Of a stretch of 64,000 nucleotides of DNA, positions 12,443-25,599 are shown in pieces. The notes beneath the pieces are model-generated. The model saw only the letters and a program-made list of their open reading frames with translations, did not search any database and was not told the DNA's origin. The stretch covers positions 2,914 to 66,913 of the forward strand of contig JAAPAO010000130.1 in assembly GCA_013115145.1 (NCBI GenBank). Direction: 5' to 3'. The translations under genes and the position numbers were made by a program. Each line of letters opens with the position of its first letter. Within the stretch, counting starts at the first letter, position 1. This DNA comes from Perkinsus chesapeaki ATCC PRA-425. Lineage: Eukaryota; Protista; Perkinsozoa.

Positions 12443-14786
12443 ATGCCCGTCGGCTCGACAAAATCAAGCCAGAGTTCAGAACCCCGTTTGGACCTTGACA
12501 CAGGAGTGGTCAACGAGGAGATCGGTAAAGGAATATCCCTCTGGTGGGCTCACATTGGCTCGACTTCCCCTACTTATGCCCTCAGGACATTCTTCTTCAT
12601 ATGTTCTAATATAGTGATATCTCAAGCTCTATCTATCCCGTTCATGTTCACTACTGCTGGTTGGGTGGCTTTTGTAACTCAAGCCTTGGCAGCTGTATTC
12701 ACATTCATTTGTGTCCAACTTGCCAGGATCGCTTTGAGGGATCGACAGGTATTTTCCGAGTGACACTACTATTTTACACTGTCGCTTACACAACTTCTGA
12801 TTCACCCTCACTCAGGTGGTTGGATATGCGGAGAGAAAAGATATCCCACCCTTCGAAAGAGAGTACACATTTCTGGGCGAATTTTGTGCCGGCAGTTTGG
12901 GAAGAGCTGGAATAACCTTGGTGAGAGAATCCTTCCGATTCCGGAGTTCTGAGGGATGGCGGGCTCAGTTAGTCATGAACATCCAGTGCTACTTCTTCGC
13001 CGAATAAGCATCATATATATGCACTAAGTCTAAGGATCTTACCGAGAATCTTAGTATAAGAGTAATTATAGAAGAGACATTCATCGCCAGTCGCACGATT
13101 ATATCGACATTTCTTATTAAGACTCTCCTACTGGTGAAATATGAAAACCAGCCGGAACTTAACTTGGTTAGTTCCATTTCCTACGCAGCAGCAACCGTTC
13201 ACCGAGGGTTAAGTTACAGTGTACAGAGGCTTCCTTTCATCAGTTCATCTTTCTGGAATATTACACTGGCTTATCGACGATTCTCGCGGCCATTGGGCTG
13301 TGCGTCGAACTGATAATACCGCAAGTGAAAGGTAACACCTCGGCACAGTCGATGTGTGATGTCTGTATCGTCAGCGGAGTACTGGATTCTTGTGTTTGGC
13401 ATCTTGACACTTATATTGGTGTTGGTGCCGTGGTTAAGGGAGGTATCAGCAATGATTGGCGTTCTTGCTATGATTGGGACTATTGGCAGTATGCTTGCAT
13501 GGGTAAGTGACAACCGGTAAATCTGACGAAACTGACGCTACTGAACAGGGAACACCTGGAATGTTTCTACGCTGGAGAGAGACTCTATCAAAAAGCTTGT
13601 ACTCGTTGAATCAACATTCGCTGTTTATCAGGTAGGATCGGCTTTTTCCATTTTGCCGGATTCCAACTTGGCTGATAACCTAATCCCACGTGATCCATTG
13701 TTCATCAACATTGCCAACGCAGGAAGCCTATCAATCTGGACATTTGCTGGCGTGCCCTCAATCGTGCCTTATACAGGAGTTGTGCAGGGTGAGCCAAACT
13801 TGCTGAGAGCACTCTCACCGTCGAGGAAAAGTTGCATTTAGGATCGAGCAATCGTCGAACAAGCTTTGTTATCTTTGTTTGTTTTGTTATTGGTATGGTT
13901 TATGTTGCCGTAATCGGTATCGGAGGGATGCAAATATGTACCGGCGTCTGTGATCCGTTTTACCCTAAGAGCCTCGAGGGTGAGGGAATCCAGCGACACA
14001 ATAGTCATACGCGCTCATTTTGAGCTCTGCACTCAGGTGTGATTTCAAAAGAGGTGCCTACATGGCTTATGTACTGCTTGTACATCTCCATGCTTATAAG
14101 AATGGTGGCTATGGCTCCAATTGCATTGATTCTATTAATGATATCAACCGAGACATTCCTGGGCAACATCCTGGTGAGTTGTGGGAGCATCCATTTCACA
14201 CCATGCGAAGCATGCTGATAGTTCAGCATGTTCTCCCCTCATTTGGCTTGATTTACTCGTTTGGTCTCATTAATTCCCGCGAAATCGTCCCTCTAGCCAG
14301 CCAGGCACTGTCTGGCTGGCGGAACAGAAGTATTAACTAGTCATGGTACTGTGCCTTCATGAAGTGGTCACCTACTTTCTGGAAGATAGCTGACACGACG
14401 GAAACTTCTTATGCTCCTTTAGGTGAAATCGAAGTGTACGGCGAATCTCGTGAGGCGAAAGTGGTGGAGGTTCGCGGCAAGGTGCACTCTAGTTGGTTTG
14501 GCAGCAGCTGGGGCAATTCTGGCCAAACGGCAACTTGCTCATTTTCAAGCGATTGCTTCCGACTTGCTTACTTCGTGTAATAACCTTTTTCTCAGCTACA
14601 AGCGTTGTGATCATCCTGTATGTCGTATCAGGCACCCTATATTTGTTTCCTATGTGGTTCTATGTATCAGCTGTGAAACCAAGTGGATTAACTTTGTATG
14701 CAATCTACTTTTCAGGAATGGTGGTTATAGCATTTATAGCCGCTGGCACGACTGCCTCGATCATGGATAAATACATACCACAATGA
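12443..14786 (+). CDS. Amino acid transporter, AAAP/Aa_trans family, multi-exon
   Basis: TM1-2 FFICSNIVISQALSIPFMFTTAGWV, then EYTFLGEFCAG (cf. YxDIGExAFG), WILVFGILTLILVLVPWLR, SIWTFAGVPSIVP, and a final hydrophobic exon ending DKYIPQ* at 14786. A 42-nt in-frame intron follows TG at ~12544. Confidence 0.85.
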
Positions 14787-14899
14787 TGGCCATTGAAGCC
14801 ATCCACTTACTTCTTCAGGCCTTTCTGACCTGACCCTTTGTCTCCCCAGATGCTGCGTGATATGCACCTCTACTGCAATATGTCTCCTAAGTTGTCGAG

Positions 14900-16097
14900 A
14901 GGCTTATAGTACAGAGTGCCTTAGTGACTTTAGCCGAGTCGGCATTCCGGCTTGGCTGTTTGTATAAATGCCATGACATTTGCACTTCAAGTCACCAAAT
15001 GCGAATGCCTATTTCCTAAAATGGATGTGTTGTTCACTTATATCTGCTTGCTGTTTTACAGCGTATTTCTCCTAACTTATCACACCAGTGGTCCACCAGT
15101 CTGTAGTTTTGCGGTCGAGTTGTTGTTAATAGGGGGCATCCGCTGCCATTGGTCGGCGTCTTTCTATCTGACCTCCTATCCATATATGACTAGAAGTACC
15201 CCCGATTGCTATTGCACAAAGCACGGTCCATCGTTGATAATCTACCAGAAACTCAAATGTCCGTAAGCCCGGACAGCACAACAAGTCATCAGCAATGAAC
15301 GGTCACTGTGAGGAAGAAGAGGCGTCATGGTTGCCTGCGGGCCGCTTGACATCAACTCAGTATATGAGTATCTCGAATTTCGAGAGGCGCGCCATCAAGA
15401 TTATTTCTCTTCTCCCGTCCATGATTAGTAACTAAATCACCATACCGCATACCATGCGGGCTGGCCATGTCTCTATAACCACTCAGGCTAGCTTTTGTGA
15501 TCATGGGACCTATTGCGCACAGTGCGCAGCGAATTCCGGGGCCTCATTGCTAGAGTGGTAATAGTACCACATTCCTGGTGACGGCGGTGTACTTATCGAT
15601 GTGAGTCCATTGTCCGCTATACTATTTGGGGGGCTTGACCAAGGGGCGCCCCCTCTTGCGGTGTAAAATTTAACACTACCTCGACTGGTACTGCTCATAT
15701 GTGACGTCGTTGGCGTGTATAGTAAAGCTGTTATTGATGGAGAAAGAGTATCTCCCTGCGAGAAGGGTCCACTGGTGCGCCCCGCTGAGGCGCAGCTTCG
15801 TGATGCCACTCTTTGAATGCGCCCTATAGCTTATCAGTGTGGCCTTCACCATTGCTCGTGGTAATGGATAATCATGTTGAAGATTCTCCCCGGAAGTATT
15901 CCAGAAAATGTGGCCCTATACCAGTAGGATAGCGAAACTGCGTCGCGCCGGTGACTCGCGGCAGGTGGTAAGAGTTGTCTCAGTTTCGTAACTCGGCAGG
16001 GTCTGTCTCCCGGTTGAAGATCGTGAACCCTATGGGAGCCGCCGCTGCAGCTTGAACTTGCGTTCATTACGATGACGACAGATTCTAGTTTTCTCAC
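14900..16097 (-). CDS. Multi-exon hypothetical gene, head-to-head with the FkbM gene
   Basis: ORF 15846-16097 ends at a GTGAAG donor. Further exon-like segments: GITKLRLSGAHQWTLLAGRYSFSINNSFTIHANDVTYEQYQS|gtagt and KTPTNGSGCPLLTTTRPQNYRLVDHWCD|gttagg. Confidence 0.35.
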
Positions 16098-16506
16098 AAG
16101 GTTTGTGTGATGCGTTAATCATAAGTCATCAGTACATACTCAGGCCTCGACTAGGCCCCAGACACGATGACCGGTCCTCGTGTAATCTTGTGGATAGCCA
16201 TTTCGATTGTCCGAACATTCGAAGAGGGCCAAGGGCGGGTTGACGACTTTATGAATAGAGCCAGTAAGGACACTTCTGTACAGTAGTACAGTAGTAGTAG
16301 TACTTCTGTTCACCACAGTAGTTCAACTTCTACTACTACTACCAGTACTGTGAGAGTCAAACTACTAATATTTTGCCGCTCCGTCACTATTCAAATTGAA
16401 GTATATTGATGCATAGTAACATTATACCAACAGTTGGTGAAATGCGCGAGTACTGAAAACGAGCCCACCTCGATAACCAATTGTTTTCTAATATCTATAC
16501 GAGCGT

Positions 16507-18064
16507 ATGCTGGTACTTATGGCTCATTGGTTTTTAAATGGTATTGTCCTCAAACTTGTCAAAGTCGTGTATTGCTATTTCTGCTGGGTTAGGTATCGAC
16601 GTTCCTCCAGAAGTTGAGACCGTCATTGTCGACGTGGGTACATTCAATAAGACTGAGTTTTGGGAAAGACTGTTGATCGGAGATATACTAGTCTTGGGAT
16701 TCGAACCAATGCCTAGTAAATTTGCCGAGCACCCCCGACACCCCAATCTCATTCTGCTGCCTGCAGCTGTTGGCACCGTGAGTAATCCGTATCGCAGAAG
16801 GGCTGCTAATCAGCGGCAGGTTCCCGGGGCGAGGCGAATGTATATCCCCGAGTACGAAGAGTGTGCCACTCTGCTCTCCGATGTGCCCAATTCTACCGTG
16901 TTTGGTGAACAGCATCAGGAGTTTATAAGACAATGCTCGAGTACGCTGAAGTGTGAAGGGTGGCTCTGTAACACAGTCCCTCTGTAGGCTTCTGCCGGAT
17001 GAGCTAGTTGCCTGCTATTTGCCTAAAGTTGTGGTAGAGTCCTATCAGGTGGTGCTCGGATTGAAATTAAAGTTCCAGTCGTTCGCCTAGATGAAGTGCT
17101 GGATAAGATACCACCTGAATTGTTGCCAGTGGAGCTGCTAAAGGTTGACGCTCAGGGTAGCAGTTTGCGATACGGTTGCTACGACTGCATCTTACTGTAG
17201 GTATGGATCTTGAAGTTGTTCTGTCGGCTGGACGCTTCTTGAATACCTCTACTATCAAACGACTCAAATTAGAAGTACAGTTCGCTTAGGAGAGGCCCTA
17301 TTGCCAGAGTGTGGCGAATAATAAAAATGTCAGAAATGTGGCAATGGGGAATTAATTTCGAGAATCACGCTAAGGAGCAAAGGGCTGGGTATGATTGCAT
17401 GCAGCAGTCAACCTACCTGTTGTGGGATAAACGAGGATCTAGACAAGCTTGCCACCCATTTTCGTCAGAGACAAGGTTAATCGTCAGGTTTGGAATGTTT
17501 CTCCGCAAGATCGTGACCTTCTACCATATCCTCAGTCGCCGGTAAAAGCCGAGATCTCATCCACTCTGGAGTCCTTCGGGTAGCGTGGACACTCTTCAAC
17601 GAGTACTATATCACTGCCTTGTAAAGGTTCTCTGTTGAGCGTTGCGAAATGCAGGGGATGCTGGAGGCCAATGACGGTCGCGCTGCCCCGGAGGAGGATT
17701 GCTTTTTCGTCAACAACAGGCTCATCACTGTAGGCTTCATGCACTCCGTCGGTAGCTCGAAACTTTCATTCAGAGTCCGCCATGGCGGAATTGCTTCGAG
17801 GACCGTGAGAAGGTTTTCGAGCTTCATCATATCATGGCAACACTTCAGTACGGCGAGCATCCTCCAGAGGACTTCAGCCAGATGACTGAATACGACAAGC
17901 TCTACACGCTGGACGTCGTGGCGAAGCACTGCTGCGGAAACCCGGAAATTACGGCAATGCAGCACCTCTGTTGGAGGTCAGGAGTGCTCGGTGATACTGT
18001 CAGCTACGACACTTGCTGCATGAAACCCTTTTTAACAAGGATTGGTCTGCCTTCGCTCACATAG
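16507..18064 (+). CDS. FkbM-family (Methyltransf_21) SAM-dependent methyltransferase, multi-exon
   Basis: Motif I VIVDVGTF, then VLGFEPMP, LLPAAVG, VPVVRLDEVL, ELLKVDAQG|MDLEVV, RLKLE and a late DCFFVN, in the canonical FkbM order. Start and end are approximate. Confidence 0.8.
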
Positions 18065-18315
18065 TGATTTATGATCATGTCCATTGTTCTTATTGTGTTG
18101 AACCGAGGTTGGTGAATTAACAATAAAGGCGGCAGATTCACCTGAACTATTTCCTCTATTTTACTGGGACTTATAGCCCGCGAACCCAACTTGTGTCTGC
18201 CGATTCACCAGTACCCAATCCTCCACAATAGCACGTAGTGCCATTGCTAGTATAGTGCTAGTTTAACTAAACAAGCTATCGAACGCAAACCCCTCTAGCC
18301 ATCGGCTGCTCGATT

Positions 18316-19201
18316 ATGTCGGATTTATGCGGAGCACCACTTGTTGTGCGTAGAGTAAATAAGCGGAGTGCAGGGAGAGTCTGCTTGTGCCTAGTTGTGC
18401 ATTACGTATTTGGTGTCAACGAGTCTCAAGCCGAGCCACACTGGGGCTTTCACATCAGAGTTCATCTCAGTTTGGAGAGTCAGCCTGGTTTGTAACTCGG
18501 CCTACTTGGTTCTCTACGAGGATAGTAGTGGGCCACTAACTGGGCTCGGCCTCGGTGTTGTTACGCGCAGCCTTAGGGAGATACCCGCAAATCTCTGTCT
18601 CGCCCATCAATCTCTCCGGGAGAGTCTCCCCACTCCCCCGGAGGGGTAGCGACTCAAGTTGAGTCACTCAACATCTTAGTTAATAATAGTGTCATTCGGT
18701 GGGAGTCGAACTATTCCGCACCTTTTACATTAAGCGATAACACACAGCTCATCGTCGAGCTTGTTCACGGTGCGTCAGACGTAGCCTTCCTCACATAGGC
18801 CTTGTCGCAGGTCCGGCATGACCACTTACGAACCAAACACTTGCGAAAGATACTAAGAAACGTGTTGATAAGGAAACGAGATTTATCATGCCGGTGGCAC
18901 CGTTGGTGCAATTGACACCATATCAGACGTCCTTCCTCGATTTTCGTCCAGTCCATTTTAAGAATGCATACCTTCCACCTGATAAGAATGATTACCCTGT
19001 AGCAATACTAATGACAGTGCCCCGAAGTCCACCTTTATGTTTGAAACTGAAAACTCGTGTCCACTCTAGGCCGCTGAGGTCTTCGAACTTTCCCTCTTCT
19101 GGTGCAACTACAAGAACTGCCCGCCATTTGCCGGCATTGCAAATAACCATCCTGCCGAACTCCTGATAGACCTACGAACAAAACTAGTGTCCAGCGAGTA
19201 A
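18316..19201 (+). CDS. Multi-exon hypothetical gene
   Basis: MSDLCGAPLVVRR|gtaaat ... KRVDKETRFIMPVAPLVQLTPYQTSFLDFRPVHFKNAYLPPDKNDYP|gtagc ... AAEVFELSLFWCNYKNCPPFAGIANNHPAELLIDLRTKLVSSE*. Confidence 0.4.
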
Positions 19202-19276
19202 CGGTAAAGGCTACGAATTCTCCAGAGCATCGGTTAACTACAGATCCACTGATAGTAAGTATTATAAGTACAGCAC

Positions 19277-19353
19277 CCGCCATCTAAAGACTGTGTTTAC
19301 TTTGGCGGGCGTCACGCATACCATTACAAATAAATACAGTCTTTAGATGGTGG
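19277..19353. repeat. Inverted repeat, 23-bp arms with a 31-nt loop
   Basis: ccgccatctaaagactgtgttta (19277-19299) pairs with taaatacagtctttagatggtgg (19331-19353), with two G-T pairs. Confidence 0.95.
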
Positions 19354-19512
19354 ACACTGTATCTTCTGAGCTGTGAAGTATCAACAGCAGTAATGGAAGT
19401 GTTTCGAAACTTACCCAACATCGATTACAGGATTAGATCCAAACAGTAGCTGTCAGTAAGTTGCAACGTATCATGTGAAGAAACCAACATTTGCTGCACC
19501 AGCAGAGAACGG

Positions 19513-20761
19513 TTACAGCAGATGCAGTTTCCCAGGCGGAGAGATCTGCCTTTGCAAATAACTCACCCGATTCGTCTCTTCCTTCGTAGCCGATTTCGGC
19601 ATGTGAGTGAGGACGATGCAGTTCTCAGGAGGGCTCCTGGATGCCTCTAAGAGGCTGCCACTGCGCCCTCGGAATACAAGGCTGGGCATTGTCACAGAGT
19701 CATCATGTGGGCTTGTGCCGTGACGCGGTCCCGTCGGCGTATCAGTCAAGAAGTCGGCCACGGTCCCTGGGAACTCACTACCAATTGAAAACACCCCCCA
19801 GTCGAAACCTACCAAACTTGCTACTCTGCATGACTGGCTCGACTTCAACCTCGGCCCGTCGCGGTAGAGCTCCTTTAAATGCAACAGCTTCCCCTTCGGC
19901 TCTCGCGACAACCTCTGGCTCCGGACTCGTGCCGAGGATCGTCAGCTTGTCCATGAATTCATGTGGAACCACATCGATGTCATCCACCAGTCGAGAGTAC
20001 TCCATATGGTCGTGCGTAGGGTATCTGTGCAAATGTTCCAGCTCAAACGAGAGAACTATTCTCACTGTGTAAAGGGATAGTTGATGGCCGGACTGCCAGG
20101 CGGCAATCCCATCACCATTGCTGCTGCCTCGAGACACAGGCTTGTTGAATGCAGAAATGGATCCCAGAGAGTACCTGGCAGGGAAGAGCATGCAAGCGCT
20201 GGCTGGGGTTTAACAAGAACCGAATAGAATTGCCGACATATCGCATGCACTTCGTGAACAATATAAAGTTGTTCTTCAAATAAGCACACACTTGTGTTGT
20301 GAGTTCAAACTCTCGGGGCAAGTGCGGAGAAATACTATAGTGTGAACTATACTGTCGTAACAAAACCCTTTACTTTCTCGTTCAGGCGTTACAAAGTTTC
20401 GAGATCAAATGGAGTCCTATGTAGGTCAACTTGAGAAAGATCCCTACATCGGGTTTCGAACCTACAACTTGGCATAAGCAAAAGCTCTGACATTGAATCA
20501 ATATAAAAGTGATATACTTCACGGTGTACAAACTTAGCGTAATATTCCCACTGCGTGAGCTAAAGCCAAATAGGGACTGATCCAGCATATATGTAGCTCA
20601 CATTTCTGTCCTTCGTCCAGGAGTTTTATGAGCGGGCTCTCGCGAATACATGCCGCTGCTGCGTAGGAAGGAATGATACCGACACCCTCATGTGGATGGT
20701 AGACACGACTTAGGTCGCCAGAGGCATCCGCGGATATCTTGAAGGTGGGTAAGATGATCAT
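19513..20761 (-). CDS. Multi-exon hypothetical gene
   Basis: ORF 20534-20761, exon FVHREVYHFYIDSMSELL...|gtaacg, ORF 19778-20191 (IVLSFELEHLHRYPTHDHMEY...GRFRLGGVFN) and an exon ending EETNR|gtgag. Confidence 0.45.
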
Positions 20762-20884
20762 TACGGAGCTACTACTAGTATTGCAATTGAAGATAGATCG
20801 ACTGTATAAGTTAGATATATAGAATGCACTTGTAAATATAGTATCAGTGACATTGGCTCACCTCGAATGAATTGTCAAGGAGGT

Positions 20885-21367
20885 TCACGAGTATCCTCGG
20901 GGCATATACATTTGGATCATCTGTTGTCGTGATTTCTGCATTGCTATTGTCATCGTCGAAATTCTTGGCGTTTCGAGAAGTTCTGATGAAGTCGCGCTTA
21001 TTAAGGAGTTCCTCCTCAACCTGATATCACAGCAAAGAAAACATCTACGAGCTTCGGAAGAAAGTTTTTCAAAGGGAAATCTGAAGCGCTCGAGCATTCA
21101 GCCTGGCGCCCGCCCGGAGCGACGTCGCCGATTCGAGCGAACCATGCCGCAAATTCTTCGCAAGGCACGGTTTGCAACAGTTTTGTCACAGTCCCAGAGC
21201 TGCAGATTGTGGATTGCACAACTACAGTGACTCCAGTGTTGCTTGCGCACAGCGTAGAGGGAGAGGATCACATTAATCCTCCCACGGTGCTGAAAAGCTC
21301 CTTTGCCACATAAATCACCTCGCCGGTCCTGGTCCGGATAGCACTTCTTTGAATCGTCGTGCCACAC
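20885..21367 (-). CDS. Possible small spliced hypothetical gene
   Basis: Overlapping minus-strand ORFs 21098-21367, 21016-21219 and 20885-21097 could be joined by short introns. No domain recognised. Confidence 0.2.
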
Positions 21368-21631
21368 AGTGTTTAGAAAGTGCTTTAGGTCTTCCCTAAG
21401 TCTTAGCTAAGCCACACAACCTGTGTGGCTCGCGCTCCGTCGTATATTGTACGGCTAATTCTCATTGAACCAACAAAGAGCAATACGATCTCTGTCGAGG
21501 AATACGATCAATTGATAGCAGCAAAGTCCCCTCATCGGATCTGCAATTCAACGCTCAGCGGACAATGCGCCTTGAGCGCATCGCTCTCTTCTCAAGGCCC
21601 AAATAGAAGCAATTCCTCGCGAGTGAGTGAT

Positions 21632-22605
21632 ATGCACCAATCGATCGAGTCGGCTATTATTCCAGGTTTAAGGGTAATGGCTGTTCACTCCTTCGCTCAA
21701 TTTTCTCTCTTCTGTGTACTATCGTCTGCCCAAACAGTAATATATCGAGACTTCAACGTAAGAGACAGGTTCGTCAGTGTCGCCGATGATGAGTACTTCC
21801 ACGATGTATGCGAAGACCCGGAAAACGTTCCCTGTCACGTGGCGGTACGCCAAGGCACGCGGGAGAAGCCTGAGGTGACTTGTACAGCGCTGATTTCAGA
21901 AGGGTTGTATTTACACTAGCGTCTCTGATTTCAGACAGTGCTGGGATACATTTGGATGTCAATTCCTCATTCTTTAGAAGGTTACGAAGAGGCTGCTGTC
22001 AGACAGCAGATGCATGACGAAAGCCAACCGAGGAAGCGGCGACGCCACAGGCATGCTATCGCCTTGTTGCTTTCGTGCCATCAGGTTTCATCTTTGGTCA
22101 GGTCAAAAGACTCGGAAAAGGGGGCTTTTGGATTCATCTACTACGTACGGCGGGCGGTACGTGTTGTTGGTATTTTACCTCGAGACCTACCGATCTAATA
22201 TGAGAAAAGCTTTTAAGCGAACTCCAATCTCCGTTTGTTATAGAGTGGAACTCACACGCGATTTGACGTTTTTACTGTTGCCATGTACCGGGCCGCAACT
22301 TGCGATCATGTCAGTGTTCAGGTTAAGGTCGCGGGCGCCTTCCAAAACAGAGGTATCGGAACCACTCTATTGGAGCACGCCATAACACTTGTAAGAGCGT
22401 TGTCACTTTCACGAAGTCAGACGACCATTTGTCAAAAAATAATGACTGCCTTTATAGCCTCGGTTCTTATCTTTAGGGTGGCGAACTAGGCGTCCTTGCT
22501 ATGACCCTGATTGCTAACAAGAAGAACACTGCAGTTGGACTGTATCAGAGGTTGGGGTTCAAAGATATCATCAGTAATGTTGGACCACTTACAGGAGGGA
22601 AATGA
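21632..22605 (+). CDS. GNAT-family acetyltransferase, multi-exon
   Basis: Motif A VKVAGAFQNRGIGTTLLEHA, motif B LIANKKNTAVGLYQRLGFKD, upstream TVLGYIW. Stop at 22603-22605. The frame is open upstream to 21425, so the start is uncertain. Confidence 0.85.
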
Positions 22606-22706
22606 TGCCCTCTTCATCAGCACGGGACAACACGACACTCTTCGCATTCTTTTACACTTGAAGTTAGCTCAGCGAGCTTATCGGGCAGATTCACTTGATA
22701 GTGTGA

Positions 22707-25331
22707 CTACCAGTTGAAATAACCACGCCGAGTTGTGTTAGTAGTGAGCACCCATTCAAGAAGCTATAACCTTAAAGCTTACGCGTGGATTCAGCTTAAG
22801 TGGGCACTCTAGCCATGAGGATAGGGAAGACTGGAGGGGCAACTAGCCGGGACGTCGCGTAATACGACTCGCGTTGCGACTACATCAGGACGACCAACTC
22901 AGGGGAGACACTATGTCTCCCCTTGATGATCCTAAGATAGCGATGAGCTGTTACCAGCACCGATTACAAAATGGAATGCAATGCGACTGGCGTTAACGGG
23001 GCCATTACTAATGAGTTGGTATACATTCAGTGTTGACATGCTCGTGGGCAGCAAGGTAAGGCCGACTGCTCAATCTAGAGCCCCGGAGCTGAATCACTTA
23101 CGAATCTTGCAACATGCTTGGGATGATAAAGCCGCGAATTTACAGACTTCACAGCGATCTCTGGCACGGGAACGTCGAGGGAGATAAACTCACCCCACTT
23201 CTGAAGAGACGATCAAATAACAACAACCCAGCAGCAGCAGCAGCTGATAATTAAAATTCAAAGTTCCCTTTTAGCGCTCATAGCTTGCAGTGAACACAAT
23301 CGGGACAGGCAAACCACACAAAAGCGTAGAGCTACCCCTCCTGACTTGCATAACAAAACGTCTTATTAGGAGGTCGATGCCGAAAGCATTTGATAATGCT
23401 GAAATAACTACTTCTCTCAGGTCTAACTTGCTAGTACACATATTATCGAAAAATACGGACCACCGCATACAAAAATGTACCTCAATTCTATTCGAGAATG
23501 TTTATTACCACTTTACTCCCCAGTCCACAATGTGAAGGGCTAAGTGAATATATTCCACGCCGAGCTTACCACATCTCTTAGTAGAAAGCTAAGATGCTTT
23601 TCCCAGGAGCATTGCTGTGGTGGCCTCATCCGCACCCTAACACCACTGGCCACTCTGGAGTTCAGCACCGAACTCCATATATACCGATCCGCACGTGATA
23701 GCGACCCTGGAACCTGATTAATTGGATTAAGAATCGTGCACTGATGTGGCGCTAGCGAACGTGTGCACAACGCCGGTAATATGAAACGGAATCGCAAAAA
23801 CGCAGTTGAGAGGTCCCCTATATCCTTTCACTCCACCCCCAAAGTTGCTGACCTGACTCGTCACAGTACATTCCACGCCTCCTCGTATAATAGATAAGGA
23901 AGGAGGAGGTGGAGGCTCGGCAAATGCTGGGTTCTTAGGAGGTATTGATATCGTTGCGAATAGTACCTGCCAACGGTCTCTTAGGAATACATTACAACGA
24001 GCACATGAACCACTCTACCTGCGGGAGAGCTAAGTATGATAGACGCCGCCAAAAATTATTAGCAAATTAGAAAAACGCACTCGCTACAAAGTGTACTTGC
24101 CCGACGAGTAGGCTCTTGCTATCTTATCAACTCTTGCCTATCCCTCAATATGTGAGCCGTACATAGCTCCATTAACAACTCAATACTACTATCACTATCA
24201 TTTATTCTTAATCCATCAATCACAAGAGTGTTGTATTATGCACAAGAGCTATTCTATTTATTAGTAGTAAACTTCGACATGTCCTTGACGTCCGCTGCAC
24301 TTAAGCATACAATGTAGCTACATCTGTAAGCTTTGTACAAAAGGAAGCTTTCAAATACCAGCTGCACTAACACTCGTTTGCGTCGTCGGCCCAGGAAAAT
24401 CCCACAATGGATACGCATTGGGGTCAATCAATAAACCGATTCTGAAATTCCACAACTGCTTTTCACACGTAATAGGCGATACTAGAATTCCAGAATTGAT
24501 GAAATGAACATGGCGAATTTCACATTTCAAACTTCATAAAATGCTATAACCGCAAGCTTACACCAACTGCGGCTTTCCCCCCGCTTGACAGTACACCTCT
24601 CACCTCCAACTCCCTCAACAGTGTTCTCTCCAGGCCAGGTGCAGTACTAACAACAAAGTTACGTACTGGCAGATACGGGTTGATACCAGTTAGTGGCGGG
24701 GATAATACCATATCAAAGTGAATCTAATAAACTGCAGAGAATAACCTTTCGAGGCCGCCAAATTTTGGATGCTCCATATGCCACCCATCCATTTCGAGCT
24801 TCAAAAGTAGGCAAACTTAAGAGCACGCTATGTGCATGAGAATCTTATGATAATACTACTAATGACCTGTCGATTCGCACAAGTAGTCTGATGACAAGAC
24901 TACTTCTGCGAATCGACACCAATGCCATATATCCTCTACAACGAATTAGAATTAAATCCCATCTTCCCCCCATCGGATGGGGCCCATCCTACCAGGCTGG
25001 TAGTACCAGCCCTCTAGGTAACCCTCAATACTGAGCTATTTATTGCTCGCCTTCCAGAACAGCAGCATGTCACGTCCCAATCGAGATTTGACCTTCAACT
25101 GCTATCTCAACTCTTCAGTGCTATCCAGTGTGGCGGAGTATACTTGTAGGTTCTAGCCAACATCCGTCGAAGAGGGAAGATTACGGAACTCGGCAAAACA
25201 AGACCAACCGATAATCCATCATTGAGTGAAAAGCCAACCCATGTTTTATGATAGCAATTCGTCACGAAGTCATCAAGTCTGAAATTCCAACACCGTCCTA
25301 TTACTTCAACAATAATAATAAACCTCATCAC
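22707..25331 (-). CDS. RlmL/YpsC(THUMPD3)-like NFLD+THUMP protein, apparently without the methyltransferase domain
   Basis: Exons FVVSTAPGLERTLLRELE (24604-24665), ...IIRGGVEC, YIWSSVLNSRVASGV, KWGEFISLDVPVPEIAVKSVNSRLYHPKHVARF (from 23200) and TTRRGYFNW* follow the RlmL/YpsC N-terminal motif order. The start and the last joins are uncertain. Confidence 0.65.
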
Positions 25332-25599
25332 AAAACTATATGACCTACCGTTTTTTTCCGATTATTCTTTCAACATAACGAGTTCAATGCCGATTTGAAA
25401 ATTGATTATGCTGACTGAAAATGAGTATAGTTTTGTGAGGGTGCTTATGTGCACTATAACACAACCCTTGAAATGATGATAAAATGTTAGGATTACTTTT
25501 TCTCACTGTGGTTGGCGCAGCCCGTATACAGTCATAGGTCAGAATTACATTGAAATAATAAGTTAATAATAACTACTTTACATAGCTAACGTCCACAAT

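Noticed and set aside
22892-22914. Shorter hairpins such as aggggagaca-cta-tgtctcccct and several 7-bp palindromes
   Set aside because: Stems of 7-10 bp are near chance expectation in 64 kb and have no supporting context.
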